Positions 25,930 to 38,948 are shown, counted from the first letter of the stretch. The stretch: 64,000 bases of DNA from Octopus sinensis (GCF_006345805.1 NC_043004.1:73904001-73968000); one strand, 5' to 3'. The notes: generated by a model from the sequence alone, not told the origin. Numbers and translations are program-made.

Positions 25930-27974
25930 TCCGTCTGGGACCCTTGTATTTCAGTCCATATTTGCTCTACATAGACATATATATTGGAATCAGGATGATC
26001 CCGGGATTGAAAATCTACCCTTCATTTGGTTCTTGAATATCCAGCATTGGGGTCTGATTTAAACGCATTTGGGTTGCTATATCTAGCAGCTAAAGCTTGG
26101 CTGATTCACGCCATCCTGGTTGACGTTTGTCAGATAGCATCAGAGATCAAGGGGGAGATAAATGACATTCGCTTCGTTAATTTTACGAGATAAGAAGGTT
26201 GGGACAAATTGGCCAACATATGGAATTCAACTTGGGACTGGAAGAATAGAACGATTGCATTACAGAATTAATTCTCATCGTATTACAGTCATGTTACTTA
26301 GCTCTTCTTAATTTGAGGCCGCATGCCCAATTAACCCTCCGCAGGAGTCATTTCAAAAGTGCACACGGAGTGTGGCTTTTAAGCTGGTTTAATAATAAAA
26401 GTTCTTTTGTTCTCGTTTTCGCTTTGAAGAGTTAATAAAGGTTTTTGAATACACAAACGCTTCTGTCTTATTCAGTCTTATTCTGTTTTATTCTAGGATG
26501 GCAGGAAAGTTCGTCTTTCACACTGTTTATTTAACTCTGATTATATTTCTGGCAAGCGGCCATTTGCAGTGTTCACTGTGTTTCATCAGGGCAATGTCAG
26601 TGGTAGCATGAGGAGATACATGTCATAATAGTATTAATTGCTTCAATAGGGGAAAAAATAGTAATGTAGAACCCCACCAACCGATTTTGGAGGAAAACAA
26701 AAATTTATGGGAAAAGAAGTAAACAGATAAATACATGGAGATTGAACAAACAAATGCAACCACGAACAGTTACCGTTGCATATTAAAGAATACAAAAATT
26801 AGCGCTAGAAATATTAATTTAAACCGTATGAATAGAAATGAATGCATCAATAAGAATTCGCAATTCTTGCCAATGTGATGAGTTACAAGGAGTTAAGATA
26901 TAAGCAAGATGCCTAAAAGAAATAAAACGCGTAGACACGGTTAGTCATATGAGGAAATGCTTCTTTGCTCGAAGATTTTATACAAAGAGAAAAATGGAAT
27001 GCTCCTCTTGTTTTCAAACAACAGAAATAGTTGCCGTATATCTTCGAAGAAGCTGGAAGGATCTCAAGCTGGAGGAGTTGAAGAGAGTTCAAGTCGAAGT
27101 ATGGAAAATACTTATTCCTCGGTTAGGTTTAGGCGTGGAAAACGTGTCGTAATGTCAGCGGTTGAAAAAGTGAAAAAGTAAGAAATTGGTGGCAGACCAC
27201 AAGCAGGAGTAGCAAGACAACACGCCAGTTGAGTGAAGACTTTGGGTATCAATACCAGTGTTTCCAGAGCATTACTGGCAGCAGCTGCGAGGATTTCAAA
27301 AATCAGTTGGCTTCTGTGCTACAAGCACAAAGCCAATATGATAGGGCACGGAAAAACAAAAATCCCAATTGGGGTCACTCCTCCTCTTTCAAAGACGGTA
27401 AGGTGATTAAACCTTTGAACCCTGACCTCCTGAACCTTATTTACCATATACCTGGCATTGCACCGGTGCTATGTATAGAGGAAAATAAGCCAGCATCCGT
27501 AAACCGGTGTTACGGGCTCGAAGGGTTAATCATGGAATAAAACGAGAAACTTTCAGTGACAGTGACGGGGAAAAGAAAAGGAGTGAACTCACTCAAAAAA
27601 AAAAGAAGTTACATTAAATCTTCCAAGAAATAGCGCGGTCTATTTGCAGAGTATATGCGTGGCTGTTCCAACCAGAACAAGAAACTAATGTAACTGTTGA
27701 GTAAATTGAAGAGCGAGGGGAATGTGGGACTTATTGAGGAGGTGGGAAGCCATTACATAAAAAATCAGAATTAGAAGTTTATCAGTAACTAGAGATAAAC
27801 TACTCAGCGAAGGTGCGGGACTTTAAGAGACTTCGGCCAAAACTAAAAAACGCAGGTGATCGAAATAAATAAAGGAGGTGGGAGTCATTGAATACCCAGA
27901 TTCTTGCTTGGGTGGCGATTTCTGACCTGTGTTTGTGTGAGGCGGGTACCTCAACTTTTGTCTTTACAAATATT
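25930..27974 (+). pseudogene. Unidentified decayed coding-like region (possible TE or endogenous virus)
   Basis: No microsatellites; successive long near-open plus-strand frames linked by stops and frameshifts (e.g. DLNAFGLLYLAAKAWLIHAILVDVCQ..., ORF 27229-27540, ...IFQEIARSICRVYAWLF...). No family recognised. Confidence 0.4.
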
Positions 27975-28074
27975 NNNNNNNNNNNNNNNNNNNNNNNNNN
28001 NNNNNNNNNNNNNNNNNNNNNNNNNNNNNNNNNNNNNNNNNNNNNNNNNNNNNNNNNNNNNNNNNNNNNNNNNN
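27975..28074. other. Assembly gap (100 N)
   Basis: Direct reading. Confidence 1.
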
Positions 28075-28393
28075 TAAATATATGTATATATGTGTCTGTG
28101 AATGTGTGTTTATGTGTTTGCGTGTCTGTGTTTGTCCCCCCCCCAACATCGCTTTACAACCGATACTTGTTTGTTTACGTCCCCGTAACTTAACGGTTCG
28201 GCAAAAGAGACCGATAGAATAAGTACTAGGCTTACAAAGAATAAGTCCTGGGGTCGATTTGCTCGACTAAAAGGTGGTGCTCCAGCATGGCCACAGTCAA
28301 ATGACTGAAACTAGTAAAAGAGATACATACATACATACATACATATATATATACATATATATATATATGTGTGTGTGTATGTGTGTGTGTGTG

Positions 28394-28434
<41 letters not shown>

Positions 28435-28602
28435 CTATAGGCGCAGGAGTGGCTGTGTGGTAAGTAGCTTGTTTACCAACCACATGGTTCCGGGTTCAGT
28501 CCCACTGCGTGGCACCTTGGGCAAGTGTCTTCTACTATAGCCTCGGGCTGACCAAAGCCTTGTGAGTGGATTTGGTAGACGGAAAACTGAAAGAAGCCCG
28601 TC

Positions 28603-28660
<58 letters not shown>

Positions 28661-28870
28661 GTGTGTGTATTTGTGTGTCTGTGTTTGTCCCCTAGCATTG
28701 CTTGACAATCGATGCTGGTGTGTTTATGTCCCCGTTACTTAGCGGTTCGGCAAAAGAGACCGATAGAATAAGTACTAGGTTTACAAAAGAATAAGTCGAG
28801 TTGCTCGATTAAAGGCGGTGCTCCAGCATGGCCGCAGTCAAATGCCTGAAACAAGTAAAAGAGTAAAAGA
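28075..28870 (+). mobile_element. Two tandem CORE-like SINEs (28075-28322 truncated by the gap; 28439-28870 full length)
   Basis: Family head, core and tail motifs. Confidence 0.9.
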
Positions 28871-28904
<34 letters not shown>

Positions 28905-28929
28905 GGTAATATAATACAATAATAATGTT

Positions 28930-30607
28930 TTTGTGAGAAGGGTGTAATTGATTTTGAGTGAGAATTTTGTCAAAACGCGGCTCTAACATAGGCGGACAAA
29001 TACGGCCCCCCTCATCTTCCATGAGTAATCGTTACCGTTTATTATTATTATTATTTTTTTTTTTACTTCATTTACATAAGCAGAGAGATACCTAATTCGT
29101 AAAAATACGATGATCCAAAGAACAACAAAGATTTAACGGCTTTAGTAGCTAATCGAGGATATTGGATCCAAAGCGAGATCCAAAATTCTACCAATTCTTG
29201 CTCTGAAAATGTGTTTTGTGCACAGGATCATTTTTCTAGACTATTAAATGTCTTCTGTTAATGACTATGTGTACTGTCGTATCTTGCGAAAAGTTAATCA
29301 AGTGATGGAAAATACTTAGAAAATCATACAGCGAGGTTTTTCTACTGTCTTCTACACTTCTGACAAAATTTTTAATTTGTTTCGAAAGCTTCTACGGCTA
29401 GGAAGTATTCAAGCTGCCAATTTTAACTTTCCTTATCCACAGTTCTAAACTTGTCGGTGAAAGACTTTAATTTACTTGTAATTGTAATATTTTCATTCGT
29501 TCCTAGCAGACTCAAATTTAAAACGTTCTACTTCTCAAAAGATCGTCGAGAAATGCTACTTCCAGCCACCAATTATCATCGTTAAGAAATTGAAATCCAG
29601 AATCCATAGTTTCATATAGGGATGCAAAACGTCTACACCGCAGGGAATGCGATTTTATGTAATTCACCACTTTAACAACGTTGTCCATCGTCTTCAGGAG
29701 ACCATCGGGTAGAGATTTTGACACCAAAACTTCGCGGTGAATCATGCAAAATACAATTTCAACTTGTGAATTTTTTTGTAACAGATGAGCCACAAAGCAT
29801 TTTTTCGACCCTGCATGGATGGAGCACATTAGTGCAGACTATAATACAGGTTTGCCACTGCTTCCCTCTCAGTGCGACATTTTGGTTTATCAGATTAAAG
29901 ACAACTTCTGTCGTTCTTTCCTTCAATTCACAACAAAAGAAAAGCTGACTTATGACTTTACCGCCTCTGACGATTCGCAGAAATGAAATTATTTGAGCTT
30001 TGTGTGCCGATGTCAGTTCTTTCATCGATTTGTAAGGCCCAGAAGATTTCGAGTTCATTTTGGCTTCAGTGAAATGTTCGCGGAGCTGATCATCAATGTC
30101 TCGCGAAATGTCTTGAATTTTACGAGAAATCGTTGGGCAGACAAAGGAGTGGTCTTCATTGTTTGACGGCTTCATCACTAATCATTGTGTCAACGGTGAT
30201 CTCCCAAGGCTAATAAAATAACGTTTTCGGCATCAGAATGTGGATTTTTCTACTTTGCCAAAGCTGGACAATCTTGTAACCAGCGATTTCAGCTTTCTCA
30301 GGAACTGAGTGAAATTTTACAGCCTTTTTGATTGAATTTTTAAATTATTTTTTTTTAGCATCTCAAAGTATTCTTTTGGTTTGTCCTTCTGTTGTGGATG
30401 ATTTGTTATTAAATGACATTGAAGTTGACTGAGAACCATCGCTTCATTCGAGAGTGTTGTTAAACAAATTATGCAAAAAAGGAATCGAGTTGTCTGTTTC
30501 CAATAATATAAAACCATTTTGGATGTAATTTTCATTATATTTTCGTTTTGATGAGGTGGACTTTTTATTCTGGTATTCGTCTTGCTTGGTATGACTCTCT
30601 TTCTCAT
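28930..30607 (-). pseudogene. Buster/ZBED5-like hAT transposase pseudogene
   Basis: CIICLTTLSNEAMV...NHPQQKDKPKEYF; TISRKIQDIS; FCMIHREVLVSKSLP; FWISLWIQYPRLATKAV..FGSSY; C-terminal LEPRFDKI...HPSH; many frameshifts. Confidence 0.9.
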
Positions 30608-30754
30608 TTTTTTTGAGGTCCCAATAAAAATTTGTCCTTGTTTAAATCTAAAACTAAAAACCGATTAAAATAATTTACGTAAATTATAAATAAATCTAAA
30701 ATTAAAAACTACTCAACTTACAGACAATTCCGGTTTAAATACAGAAATATAATA

Positions 30755-30970
30755 TATTCTTTTCTACTCTAGGCACCAGGCCCGAAATTTGGGGGGTGGG
30801 GCCAGTCGATTAGATTGACCCCAGTACGCAACTGGTATTTAATTTATCGACCCCGAAAGAATGAAAGGCAAAGTAAACCTCGGCGGAATTTGAACTCAGA
30901 ACGTAAAGACAGATGAAATATCGCTAAGCATTTCGCCCGGCGTGCTAACCACTCTGCCAGCTCCCCACCG
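30755..30970 (-). mobile_element. Deu/Nin-like SINE inserted in the hAT 5' region
   Basis: Family motifs; hAT sequence on both sides. Confidence 0.85.
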
Positions 30971-31307
30971 CCAACAAAACTGCTGTTCGTCGTGAAACGT
31001 AATTAATTTATATTTACCGCATTTTACGATTTATATAATTGATTTATATTTACGCTCGAAATTTGAGAATGTTCTTGGATCGCTGTTACCCGAAAATCTC
31101 GAAAATATTTTTCGCGGCACTCCAGGAAACTCTCGGGGGGCACCACTGTGCCGCGGCACACATTTTGGCAGACACTGGTTTAGAGCAATAAGCCACTCCA
31201 ATAGTCAATGAGGGAGCCTCTGCGCAGTCATTCGACATGCAAGAAATAGTAGTAAAGTCTCTCTTGAATCATACCCTCAATCTTTGAAAAAGAATTGTAG
31301 TACAGAA

Positions 31308-31615
31308 ACACGAGCACGGCCGTGGAGTTAAGGAACTCCCTTACAGCTATATGGTTTCCGTGGTCAGTCCCACTGCACGGCACTTTGGGTAAGTGTCTTC
31401 TACTATAGCTCTGGACTGAGCAATGCTTTGTGAGTGAATTGGTAAACAGAAACTGTGTGGAAACCTGTCGTATATATGTGTTACTTTGTGTGTGTGTGTC
31501 CTTGTGTTTGTGTTTGATCGTGTCCACCGCTTGACAGCAGGTGCTGGTTTGTTTTCCTTTCAAGGCGGTTCCCCGACATGGCTGCAGTCCAGTGACTAAA
31601 AGAAGCAAAGGATAA
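31308..31615 (+). mobile_element. CORE-like SINE, diverged, inserted in the 7540-type repeat
   Basis: Family motifs. Confidence 0.7.
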
Positions 31616-32272
31616 AAGATAACACTTAAGATAATGTCGTCATTGGAACACCATCTAAAAGTAAAAGACGATATAGTCAAGGATGGAATGCATTTGATCA
31701 TAGGCCCGCTGGATCACTGATGACCCTGGGCTAAACAGCATTAACCACGACTCCCTACATGGTACATATACAGATCGAGAGAAAGGTCACTGCTGCTAAA
31801 GATTTGATCGTTTTACCTGCTATTTCTGGTAACACCCAACACTCCGAGATAACGGAAACAATTAATAGGAAGGATAATAAAGCTGCTGTTACTGTTGGCA
31901 TTTTTCTTTTTTGTCGTTGCTGTGGATAAGCAACAGGTCAGACAAGACCGAGCCGAGCAGATATAAGATCAAAGGCGTTCCTACCATGACCAACCCCACA
32001 CCCTCAGACTGTACGTATAGAACTATGTCTGCTGGTGTACACTACATTTAAGTTAGTAGAATGCGATTCGGAGAAAGTTTGGCGGTTGTTGTTCTTGTTG
32101 TGGATGAACACCAGGCCAGTCAAAACCGCGTTGACATGTGGTCAAAGGTATTCCTGCCGTGACCATCCCATTTTGTTTTCAGACGCTGTACTTCTAAGAC
32201 TACGTCCTCTGCTCGCAGGATATGATTTGCAGTTTTGGCGGTTATTTCTTGTAAGTTGTGTGAGTGTGCGCA

Positions 32273-33020
32273 GAGGAAGAAGTGGGGGAGAAAGAGGAGG
32301 AGAAGAGGAGGAGGAAGAAGAGGAGAAGAGGTGGAGGAAGAAGGAGGTGAGGAGGGGGAAGGAATAGGAAGGAGAGAAATAGAGGAGGAGAAGAGGTGGA
32401 GAAAGAAGAGGAGAGGAGGAGGAGAGGAGGAGAAGAGGTGGGAAAAGAAGAGGAGGAGAGGAAGTGGAGGAAGAAGAGGAGTGGAGGAGAAGAGGTGGGG
32501 AAAGAAGAGGAGGAGAGGAAGTGGAGGAAGAAGAGGAGGAGAAGAGGTGGAGAAAGAAAAGGAGGAGAGGAGGTGGAGGAGGAAAAGGAAGGATAGAAGG
32601 AGAAGAGGTGGAGAAAGAAAAGGAGGAAAAGAGGTGGAGGAGAGGAGGTGGAGGAGGAAAAGGAGGAGAGGATGTGGAGGAGGAAAAGGAAGGATAGAAG
32701 GAGAAGAGGTGGAGAAAGAAAAGGAGGAAAGGAGGTGGAGGAGGAAAGGAGGTGGAGGAGGAAAAGGAAGGATAGAAGGAGAAGAGGTGGAGAAAGGAAA
32801 GGAGGAAAGGAGGTGGAGGAGGAAAGGGAGGAGAGGAGGTGGAGGAGGAAAAGGAAGGATAGAAGGAGAGGAGTAGAAGAGATGGAAAAAGAAGAGGAGG
32901 AGAAGAGGTGGAGAACGAGGGAGAGGAAGAAGAGGAGGTGGAGGTGGTGGAGGAAAAGGAGTAGAGAATATTAAAGGAAGAAGGAGAAGGGTAGAGGAGG
33001 TTGGAGGAGGAGGAGCTTGA
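32273..33020. repeat. About 750-bp polypurine (GA-rich) tract with higher-order repeats
   Basis: GGAGGAAAAGGAAGGATAGAAGGAGAAGAGGTGGAGAAAG recurs. Confidence 0.95.
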
Positions 33021-33574
33021 AATATTTCTATGAAATACCATTTTTGTGTTCCTCATACTCGGAGCATTCCTTTCGAACCTCCTGCTTCAATAATTACTCA
33101 TAGTTTACAGCATGGTAGCAGACAATCGCCATTTTACTTCATGTAAATTGGCGATTCGCTGATATCGCGCTCTAAACTATGTGAATATTGTTTGTAATTT
33201 TTTTCACTAAATTTAGATTTTTGACTCATAACTACTCACTCACAAACATACACTCAAAGTATGCGTGGGCGTGCTTGTATTTTTGCGTGCGTGTGTGTGT
33301 GTTTGAGCATGTATGTATGTATGTATGTATGTATGTATGTATGTATGTATGTATGTATGTATGTATGTGTGTATGTGAAAAATGGAAACAGCCATTTTTC
33401 AAACATGTTATATTAAAGACATATCTATATTCGAGTTTGATTTCTTTTAACAGTCTTTCTTTTCCATATTTTTTTAATTAAAACACTACCCCCATTATCC
33501 TTTTCGTCGTATCGCAAATAGAACAAACCACTAGAATCATCATTTTATTGATGAGACAGAGAAGGGCTTTTAAA

Positions 33575-33778
33575 TATCCTTTCTACTATAGGCACAATTT
33601 TGCGGGGAGGGGACAAGTCGATTACCATAGTGTTTCACTGGTACTTAATTTATCGACCCCGAAAGAATTAAAGGCAAAGTCGACCTCGGCGGAATTAGAA
33701 GTCAGAACGTAAAGACAGACGAAATGCCGCTAAGCATTTTGCCTGGTACGTTAACGATTCTGCCAGCTCGCCGCCTTA
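33575..33778 (-). mobile_element. Deu/Nin-like SINE, tail B
   Basis: Family motifs. Confidence 0.85.
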
Positions 33779-33910
33779 AAAGCTTGTAAATATAATAGAC
33801 AAAAGGTTTAAAAAGACTAGTGTTCCGAACTAACTACGCTAAGTAAATATGGTAAATCCTGAAATAGATCAAACTCGAACACAACTGTGTTTTTAACATA
33901 CATGTACTAC

Positions 33911-33999
<89 letters not shown>

Positions 34000-34001
<2 letters not shown>

Positions 34002-34205
34002 TGTTTCTTTATAAGCCACACAGGGCTGAACACAGAGGGGACAAATTACAAAGTAGAGCTTTTCTTTTGGGGGAGAAAAAAAGAACAGAAAGGAAAAAAG
34101 GGGGTAAGTTTTCGATCAATAGGGATCGTGTATCACAGAAATGTCATGATGTAAAGTGTAAAGGGGGGAACAGATAAGGTTTATCCATGGAAAGAAAAGC
34201 CACGT
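34000..34205 (-). mobile_element. Tx1-like LINE 3' UTR fragment with (TATC)n tail
   Basis: Reverse complement of the 56960-57235 3' UTR (GATCCCTATTGATC; AAAGCTCTAC; AGCCCTGTGTGGCT..ATAAAGAAAC). Confidence 0.65.
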
Positions 34206-34749
34206 TTATAGCTTATTTTTTAATACAAAGTATGACATAACAAAATAGGTGACGTAACATATCTTACGGCCGTTTCTGATCGGTTACTAAAATGCTGCCT
34301 ATAAATAAATGCAAGAATAAAGTTCTTCATCCTCAGAGGGCATTCGAATTCAGGCAACGGAGTTTCATCAGAGTACAAAAACAAGCGCATACAATATAAA
34401 CAAAGGGAAGAAGGAAAAGCAACGACAAATAGACTGGAAGCCCAATATGTTAAGCGCATATAATTTACCAAGAAGGGGCCACAGGGTTCGTAGGTAATGC
34501 TTTGTATTTAAAAAATAAGCTATAAATAGGCCAAATCGATGTGTTTGTTAATCTGTGGTTTTCTCCATTTTCTAATTGCTTGCATTGGTTCCTGATAAAC
34601 TCTTGTTTATCCTGTTGTTATCTGCACTCTACGTGCACACCAATGCCCGGGGATAATACGAGTAACGGATACCGATAGTATATACGGATATTTTATCCCT
34701 TAGTCGGTTATTATGACCACTAGCTCAGTTTACACTATATATATATATA

Positions 34750-34950
34750 TATATACATAGTTAATCCAAAAAGAACGAAGAAAAAACACAAGAAAATAAA
34801 AACAACAACGCGAAGACGGGGTACATGCAAAGTATTATCACACGCTCAGGGAAGGAAAGAAAAGTAGTTTTACGTTTCGAGCAAAGCTCTTCTTCAGAAA
34901 CCGGAGACAGAGGAAAGTCCAAGAGAAAAGAAAGGAGGAAAGGAAGGTCA
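34750..34950 (-). mobile_element. Penelope pLTR-like short repeat
   Basis: Abuts (TA)n; shares CTGAGCG and GTCTTCG motifs with the 7.0-kb and 17.2-kb copies; carries a hammerhead. Confidence 0.6.
34866..34902 (-). ncRNA. Minimal type I hammerhead ribozyme, canonical core plus extra A
   Basis: RNA GGUUU-CUGAAGA-A-GAGC-UUU-GCUC-GAAA-CG-UA/AAACU; palindromic ACGU helix III; GUA triplet. Confidence 0.7.
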
Positions 34951-36117
34951 CCAACGGAATCTCAGGAACCTCTTGAATTTGATGACCTAAAACATAGATA
35001 TGCTCTCATCAGCACGTGTGTGTGTGTATGGAGCCTCTACCTCTAACAAATTCACTCAAAAAGCTTGGTTAGCCCAGAACTATAGTAGAAGGCACTTGCC
35101 CAAAGTACTGCGAGATTAGGCGGGGGGGGGGCTGAACCTGAAACCATGAGGTTGCAAAGCAAGCCTTTAACCACGCAGCCATGTTTGTGCTTAGATTTTT
35201 GTCTTTCTCCAATGATTTTTGCTTTTCTGCGGCTAACAGTAAAATTTCAATTAATTAAGGATTTTCGGACGAGCGATATACAGTCAATCGCAGATAGTTA
35301 TCTTTTTATATGGTCTCGAAGTTGATGAGTGTCAATAAGAAGATATATAGAGATGTTATTGATAAACTGGGATTGTGCTATTTGAGATTATGTCAAGTGT
35401 ATATCTGATAACCAGCACGTACTCATTGTGGATTCATGCAAGGTATCACGCATATATGTCGATGGATACTTACGAGAACATAAAGCAATCATATAGACAC
35501 ACATACATGCAAGTATACACAGACAGAAATTGACGCTTAGTATACACACTCCCTCTCACACAAACACACACGCACACACATAAACATACACATACATAAA
35601 CACACACACATATCTATATCTGCGCGTGTATGTGCATGAATATACATACATATGTATACGTCAAGTCTAATTTTCTGGAGCACACGTGAAAAAGAAAACA
35701 AGATTGCGGTTAATAGACAGCTAAGGGAGATAAATATGATAATTATGTCAAAGTAATTTTCTTACAACGGGTGGAAAGGCCTTGTGCCTACCTCAAATAA
35801 TTACTATTTTCAATGAAGGAAGGGCAATTTTAATACAGATTTTTGTCAATGGCAATTACATTGAGGTTAAAAATGATCTTATTTAAGACATTTCTGTAAC
35901 AGCGAGCGAAACGGAAACAGCTGAATGAACGCTGGACTAAATGCTTAACAGCATCCATCTCTGTCTCCTCACCATCTGAGTTCGACTTCGATTTTTTGTC
36001 TGTTGGGGGTCGATAAAATGAGAATCAGGCATGTTCTTGAGGATTGATTAAATATTAAATGAATTATAAGTCTTAATATGTATGCGTAAAAAGTCTTTTA
36101 ATGTAATTTTTTTTTCA

Positions 36118-36204
36118 GAGCAAGTGTCTTCTACAATAGTCACGGTTTGACCAATGCCTTGTAAGAGAGAATTTGGTTGACGGAAACTGTATGAAAGTCT
36201 TTCG

Positions 36205-36257
<53 letters not shown>

Positions 36258-36405
36258 ACACATACACACACATGCATATGTGTGTGTTTGTTGTGTTATG
36301 TTTATTCACCCCGGAACAAGAATTGACTCCAATTTGTTCGATGAAACCCTTCAAGGTGGTGCTTCAGCTGGCTGCAGTCCAGTGACTGAAACAAGTAAAA
36401 GAAGG
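36118..36405 (+). mobile_element. CORE-like SINE, partial
   Basis: Core and tail motifs. Confidence 0.65.
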
Positions 36406-36429
36406 TAGATGAAGATCCGGTTTCATTTC

Positions 36430-36804
36430 TTACCTCCGCCTTCGCTAGAGCGCAGGTATTGTTTTCAGTTGTGTTTGTTTGTTTGTTTGTTTTTTGTCTG
36501 TGGACAAGGTATGTCAAGAACCGCTGGATGGATTCGGAAGAAACTTTCAGGGATGTTTGGTCTCGTAACAGGTACGAACTGATTGATTTTGGGATCGATC
36601 CAGTACCGGACAAGGATTCTGGATTATTTTTCCTGTTTTTTATTTTATTTTTGAGAGCAGTCAGGTTCATTTTTAGTATTCTCCTTTGTGAGAGCAGTCG
36701 ATTTTATTTCAGATATTCTCATTTTAAAAATCATCTCTGGCTAATCGCTGAGAAGACGCTGGTGTTGCTTTGGCGGAAGTTTGCGCTCTCTGAGTGCTCT
36801 TGTT
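36430..36804 (+). mobile_element. Helentron-associated (HINE/DINE-like) non-autonomous element
   Basis: Subterminal inverted TTACCTCCGCC / GGCGGAAGT, (GTTT)n, and 3' hairpin GCGCTCTCTGAGTGC. Confidence 0.55.
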
Positions 36805-37029
36805 TCAATCGTTTTCATTGGCTCCGAAGACCCGTTGTCTGTAAGAAGTAGTAATTTCGACTAGAATTAAACTTTAAGTGCAGGAGAACGGTTATGTTGG
36901 CTACAGCGACCATCTAAGAAGAGAAAAATACGCTGAAAGTAGAGAGCCGTGGTAATTGTAGGGAGGTGTTATACCAAAGTCAGTGAACAGGAACTGCACT
37001 ATAAGTTACTAATGATAATACCTTTTACA

Positions 37030-37430
37030 GAGGCATAGCTGTAAGAAGCTCGCTCTGCAGCTATGGAGTTTCAAGTTCAGTCCCACTGCACAGCAACTTG
37101 GGCATCTATCTTCTACTACGGCGCTGGGTCAACCAATGCCATGTGAGTGAATTTGGTTGATGGAAACTATGTGGAAGCCCATAGTATATATGTGTGTGTA
37201 TGTGTGTGTGTCTTTGTGTCTGTGTTTGTCCCTCCATCCACACACACACCGCTTGACAGCCGCTTTTAATTTGTTTACGTCCCCGAAACTTAGTAGTTCG
37301 GCAAAAGAGATTGATAGACTAAGTACCAAACTTTAGAAATAAAATAAATACTAGGGACGATTTATTCCACTAAAACCCTACAAGGCAGTGCCTTAGCATG
37401 GCCGTAACCCAATACCTAAAAAACATAAAG
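37030..37430 (+). mobile_element. CORE-like SINE, diverged
   Basis: Family motifs. Confidence 0.7.
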
Positions 37431-37871
37431 ATAGAAATGCCAAATTTCTAATAACCTTGCTTCTCAGATTCCGGTTCCCGTAGTCTTAAGTCAATAAATG
37501 GTTTCGCGTGGTCAGAAATTGAATTTGGAACTTCAGGCTTGTGGATCTATAAAACAAAAACACTGCACAATTCTTACAGAGTTCACTTGCTTTCCTTGCA
37601 GTACTTTTAGCTAGATGGAATCGGCTTTTTTAAGCTGTCAGAAATTCCATTTACCAATCTTCGACTCGTTAAAAGCTTATAACCAACGGCGCCATAGTTC
37701 ACTTATTGTGATATAAAGAAAAATAATAATAAATCGTGGTTTGCAAAGTATCAAAGTCGTATACGATACCATCGCGAATACCGAACTAAATACTATAATG
37801 TATACTATAATACTATATTTAATGTATATTATAATACTATTATACTATGTGATAATGTATATAACATTCTA

Positions 37872-38062
37872 CTATACTCTAGGCACAAGGCTCGAAATTT
37901 GGGGGAGTGAGTCAGTCGATTAAAGCGACCCCAGTACGCAACTGGTATTTAATTTATCGACCCCGAAAGGATGAAAGGCAAAGTCGACCTCGGGGGAATT
38001 TGAACGCAGAACGTAAAGACAGACGAAATACGCTAAGCATTGCGCCCGGTGTGCTAACGTTT
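37872..38062 (-). mobile_element. Deu/Nin-like SINE, tail B
   Basis: Family motifs. Confidence 0.85.
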
Positions 38063-38881
38063 CTTAATGACTATGATAATACTATTATACTATGTTATAA
38101 TGTATATTATGTTACTATTATACAATATTATAATGTATTACAATATTGTAGTGTATTATAATACTAAAATGTATTAACCGTAATTATAACCTGTTTTTTT
38201 AACGTGTTCCAGAAAATTGGACTTGACATATACATATAATGTATATTCATGTACATACCTACAGGCATATATAGGTGTTCGTACGTGTTTGTTTGTTTGT
38301 TTGTGTGTGTGCGTGTGTGTGTGTGCGCGCGCGCGTGTGTGTGTTGTCTTTATTGTCATTTCGTTCATCTCCAACTCAGCCATAGCTGGGAAGACTTATG
38401 ATCAAAGGTATCGCAGTTATCAACACATCGCCGAGAGTACTTCCAATATTTCGATGTGGTCTTTGAGACGGTAGAGCGTGATTTCAGGGAAATTTAACTG
38501 CTATTTCTAGCAAATCTGGCGACCAAGTAGAGACTGCCTTTGTTATCCCCTCACAACATTGTAACTCAACCAGATCTCTGACTCTCTTTTATATACGTCA
38601 GTTCTCAAGTAAAACGCTGTATCGATAGAACTGCGTTGACAAGGAATTTCGTCTAATAATAGACGCTTTGTGGTTCTTTTATATCTGATAGTCTCAACTA
38701 ATTAAAAGCCATTTAGAGATTCCACTTACTTCTGACTAGATCAGAATGTCTGCAATGAACCAACACCTATCTGTGACAAGTATCTAAATTAAAAACTTCC
38801 TAATTTCCTATCTTGCTCTTCGTTGAGAACGAAAGTCAGAAATATACATACGTATGCGGCAATATATACGTGTATGTGTGT

Positions 38882-38948
<67 letters not shown>

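Larger units (their letters stand above)
28930..31177 (-). mobile_element. hAT Buster-type transposon (one terminus found)
   Basis: Terminus CAGTGTCTGCCAAAATGTGTGCCGCGGCACA at 31177 flanked by GTTTAGAG (NNNTANNN, Buster-like); other end not located. Confidence 0.85.

Noticed and set aside
32142-33056. 304-aa and 213-aa ORFs
   Set aside because: Products of the polypurine/polypyrimidine tract.
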